NCBI GenBank assembly: GCA_035705295.1
Contig: DASSWG010000006.1
Coordinates: forward strand, 3,327 to 67,326
From: Flavobacteriaceae bacterium
Lineage (GTDB): Bacteria > Bacteroidota > Bacteroidia > Flavobacteriales > Flavobacteriaceae
Reading direction: 5' to 3'
Length of the DNA stretch: 64,000 bases
This document shows positions 61,959 to 64,000 of the stretch, one piece after another; position 1 is the first letter of the stretch; each line of letters starts with the position of its first letter. The notes below the pieces were generated by a model. The model had not been told where the DNA came from. It saw only the letters and a program-made list of their open reading frames with translations, and did not search any database. A program made the position numbers and the translations under genes.

Positions 61959-64000
61959 ATGAATAATTTCACAAACAACCTTTATAAAAACCAAGCGCTT
62001 GTTTACAAGGTTTTTTTGCTGGCCGTTACCACTTTCGTGATTGTATATTTGTTTCCCAAAGGAAGTCAGTTCAAATATGATTTCACCAAAGGAAAACCAT
62101 GGCAATATGAAAATTTGTACGCCCCGTTCGACTTTGCAATTTTAAAGACCCCTGAGGAAATTGCCCAGGAAAAAGAACAACTATTTCAATCGCACACGCC
62201 TTATTACGAATATAACGAAAATATTCCAAAACAAATAGAAGCAAGGCTTGAAGCCGAAATCCAATCTGTTTTTGCCGATAGCATTTTGCAGGGGAACAAA
62301 AATAGAATTACGCGCTTTTCCGAAAACCTATTGCAAAAAATATATGAAAAAGGGGTTTTGCTTGAAATTGATCCGTTCCAAGCCAACCGTATTGTTTATT
62401 TAAAGAAAGGAAACGAAGCCGAAGAAGTGGTCTATGGGAACATCTTGAAACAAGACGATCTGCAAAATTTCGTGGAAAACCAAATCAATTTGGCAGGGAT
62501 GCACAAATTTAAAAATGGTTTGTTGGAGCTGTTTTTCAACCTGGTCGAACCCAATGTCGATTTGGATCAAGAACTTACGCAAACTGCGCTCGAGGATAAG
62601 TTGAGCGCAATTTCCTATACACGCGGAAGCGTTCCACAAGGGAGCCGCATTATCGTAAAAGGGGAAATTGTTGACGATGCAAAATTCAAAATACTAAATT
62701 CCCTAAAAAAGGAATACGAAGCCAAAGATTGGACAAAATCCAGTTACTTCCTCATCGTTTTCGGGTATAGTTTGTTGGTATCATTGGCTTTGTTGATGTT
62801 GTTGTTGTTCATTCGTAAATATCGACCGTCAATTTTTGAAAACAACACCAAGGTCACTTTTGTTTTTTTCAACATTATGGTAATGGTTTTGCTCACGGTG
62901 TTGGTGATGCGTTTGGACAATGAATATGTGTATGTGGTTCCGCTGTGTATTTTACCCTTGACCCTCAAGGCTTTTTTTGATGCCCGTATGGGTTTGTTCA
63001 CCCACGTGGTCACGGTCGTGATTTTGGGGTTCATTGTTCCCAACAGTTATGAGTATATGTTTTTACAGATCATTGCCGGAATTGTGACCATTCTCACGGT
63101 TTCCGAATTGTACAAACGGGCCAATTTGTTCATTTCCGTGGGGCAGATCACCGGGGTTTACATTCTAGCTTATTTCGCGTTCACCATCATTCAAGAAGGC
63201 GATTTGGGAAAAATAAATTACGAAACTTTCCTGATGTTTTTGTTGGGAGGCGTCGCCACCTTGTTCGCGCAACCCTTGGTGTATGCCTATGAAAAATTGT
63301 TCGGGCTGGTTTCAGACATGTCGCTGTTGGAGCTTTCCGACACCAATTCCAAATTGTTGAAGGAACTTTCCAACAAAGCTCCCGGAACCTTCCACCATTC
63401 TTTGAACGTGGCAAACCTGGGCGAGGCCGCTGCCAATGAAATCGGAGCGAACGCAATGTTGGTACGTGCCGGCGCACTTTACCACGACATCGGAAAAATG
63501 GATAAACCCACGTTTTTTACCGAAAACCAAACCACTTCTGTCAATCCGCATGATGAACTGGAACCTTTGGAAAGTGCTAAAATTATTATCGGCCACGTGC
63601 TCAATGGAATTGAAATTGCCAAGAAAAACAACCTTCCGGACCGGGTGATTGACTTTATCCGAACCCATCACGGAACGACAACCGTTTATTATTTTTACCA
63701 AAAAGAAAAAGAAAACACCGACGAAACCGTCGAAGAAATCAATATTGAGAATTTCACCTATCCGGGTCCCATCCCGTTCAGCAAAGAAACCGCGATTTTG
63801 ATGATGAGCGACAGCGTGGAGGCCGCCAGCAAAAGTTTGAAAGAACCCACCGCATTGTTGATCGATAAGTTTGTTGAAAAAATCATTGACAAACAAATGG
63901 ACGAAGGGCAATTTTTGAACGCCGATATTACGTTCAAAGAAATACAAACCATCAAAAAAGTGCTGAAAAGAAAACTGAACAACATTTACCACCTTCGGGT
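61959..64000 (+). CDS. HDIG-domain membrane phosphohydrolase (7TM-HD, PgpH/YqfF-like); 3' end cut by window edge
   Basis: Not in the ORF track because there is no stop inside the window. Manual translation from the ATG at 61959 gives MNNFTNNLYKNQALVYKVFLLAVTTFVIVYLFPKGSQFKYDFTKGKPWQYENLYAPFDF... The in-frame LYHDIGK (HDIG) motif is at ~63477-63497 and multiple TM segments lie at 62750-63300. Confidence 0.85.
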   Translation, partial: MNNFTNNLYKNQALVYKVFLLAVTTFVIVYLFPKGSQFKYDFTKGKPWQYENLYAPFDFAILKTPEEIAQEKEQLFQSHTPYYEYNENIPKQIEARLEAEIQSVFADSILQGNKNRITRFSENLLQKIYEKGVLLEIDPFQANRIVYLKKGNEAEEVVYGNILKQDDLQNFVENQINLAGMHKFKNGLLELFFNLVEPNVDLDQELTQTALEDKLSAISYTRGSVPQGSRIIVKGEIVDDAKFKILNSLKKEYEAKDWTKSSYFLIVFGYSLLVSLALLMLLLFIRKYRPSIFENNTKVTFVFFNIMVMVLLTVLVMRLDNEYVYVVPLCILPLTLKAFFDARMGLFTHVVTVVILGFIVPNSYEYMFLQIIAGIVTILTVSELYKRANLFISVGQITGVYILAYFAFTIIQEGDLGKINYETFLMFLLGGVATLFAQPLVYAYEKLFGLVSDMSLLELSDTNSKLLKELSNKAPGTFHHSLNVANLGEAAANEIGANAMLVRAGALYHDIGKMDKPTFFTENQTTSVNPHDELEPLESAKIIIGHVLNGIEIAKKNNLPDRVIDFIRTHHGTTTVYYFYQKEKENTDETVEEINIENFTYPGPIPFSKETAILMMSDSVEAASKSLKEPTALLIDKFVEKIIDKQMDEGQFLNADITFKEIQTIKKVLKRKLNNIYHLR

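Overview
This window reads as an ordinary chromosomal segment of a Flavobacteriia-type Bacteroidota genome. Three things support that placement: TAnnTTTG -7 promoter boxes sit in front of many genes, one protein carries a T9SS C-terminal sorting domain, and the gene order is typical (DUF4290-murA, serA-serC, rpsF-rpsR-rplI, gyrA-TPR). I call about 60 CDS, two of them cut by the window edges. Most are housekeeping: rlmH, nadC, priA, rpsF/rpsR/rplI, hisS, fmt, recQ, murA, serA/serC, ychF, parE/parC, gcvT, nnr, hutH, clpC, gyrA and a thiolase. There is one tRNA (anticodon CAT). I found no rRNA, CRISPR array, transposase or integrase. The clearly non-housekeeping part is 30.2-36.1 kb. It encodes a 1378-aa signal-peptide-bearing fibre protein on the minus strand. 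That protein has 48 uninterrupted collagen Gly-X-Y triplets, three ~107-127-aa tandem modules (two are ~94% identical at DNA level), about 29 copies of a 17-aa NTAxG..SNTTG repeat, and a phage-tail-fibre-type self-cleaving C-terminal chaperone domain (Peptidase_S74-like, SDARLK motif). It is probably co-transcribed with a small upstream T9SS-sorted protein, and a PAS-LuxR regulator is transcribed divergently. No phage genes flank the locus. This locus is my best candidate for an undescribed surface-fibre system. Other observations: (1) an AT-rich ParE-type toxin-antitoxin pair; (2) a decayed, insertion-bearing tRNA copy inside the leader of the tRNA gene; (3) a ~165-bp element closed by 14-bp inverted repeats; (4) four TTACAAnTGTAA palindromes arranged in mirror symmetry between an XRE regulator and an M14 peptidase; (5) a small membrane ORF translationally coupled between parE and parC; (6) a family of dispersed intergenic repeats. 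All calls come from reading the sequence and the ORF track. No database search was run, so family names are recognition-based.
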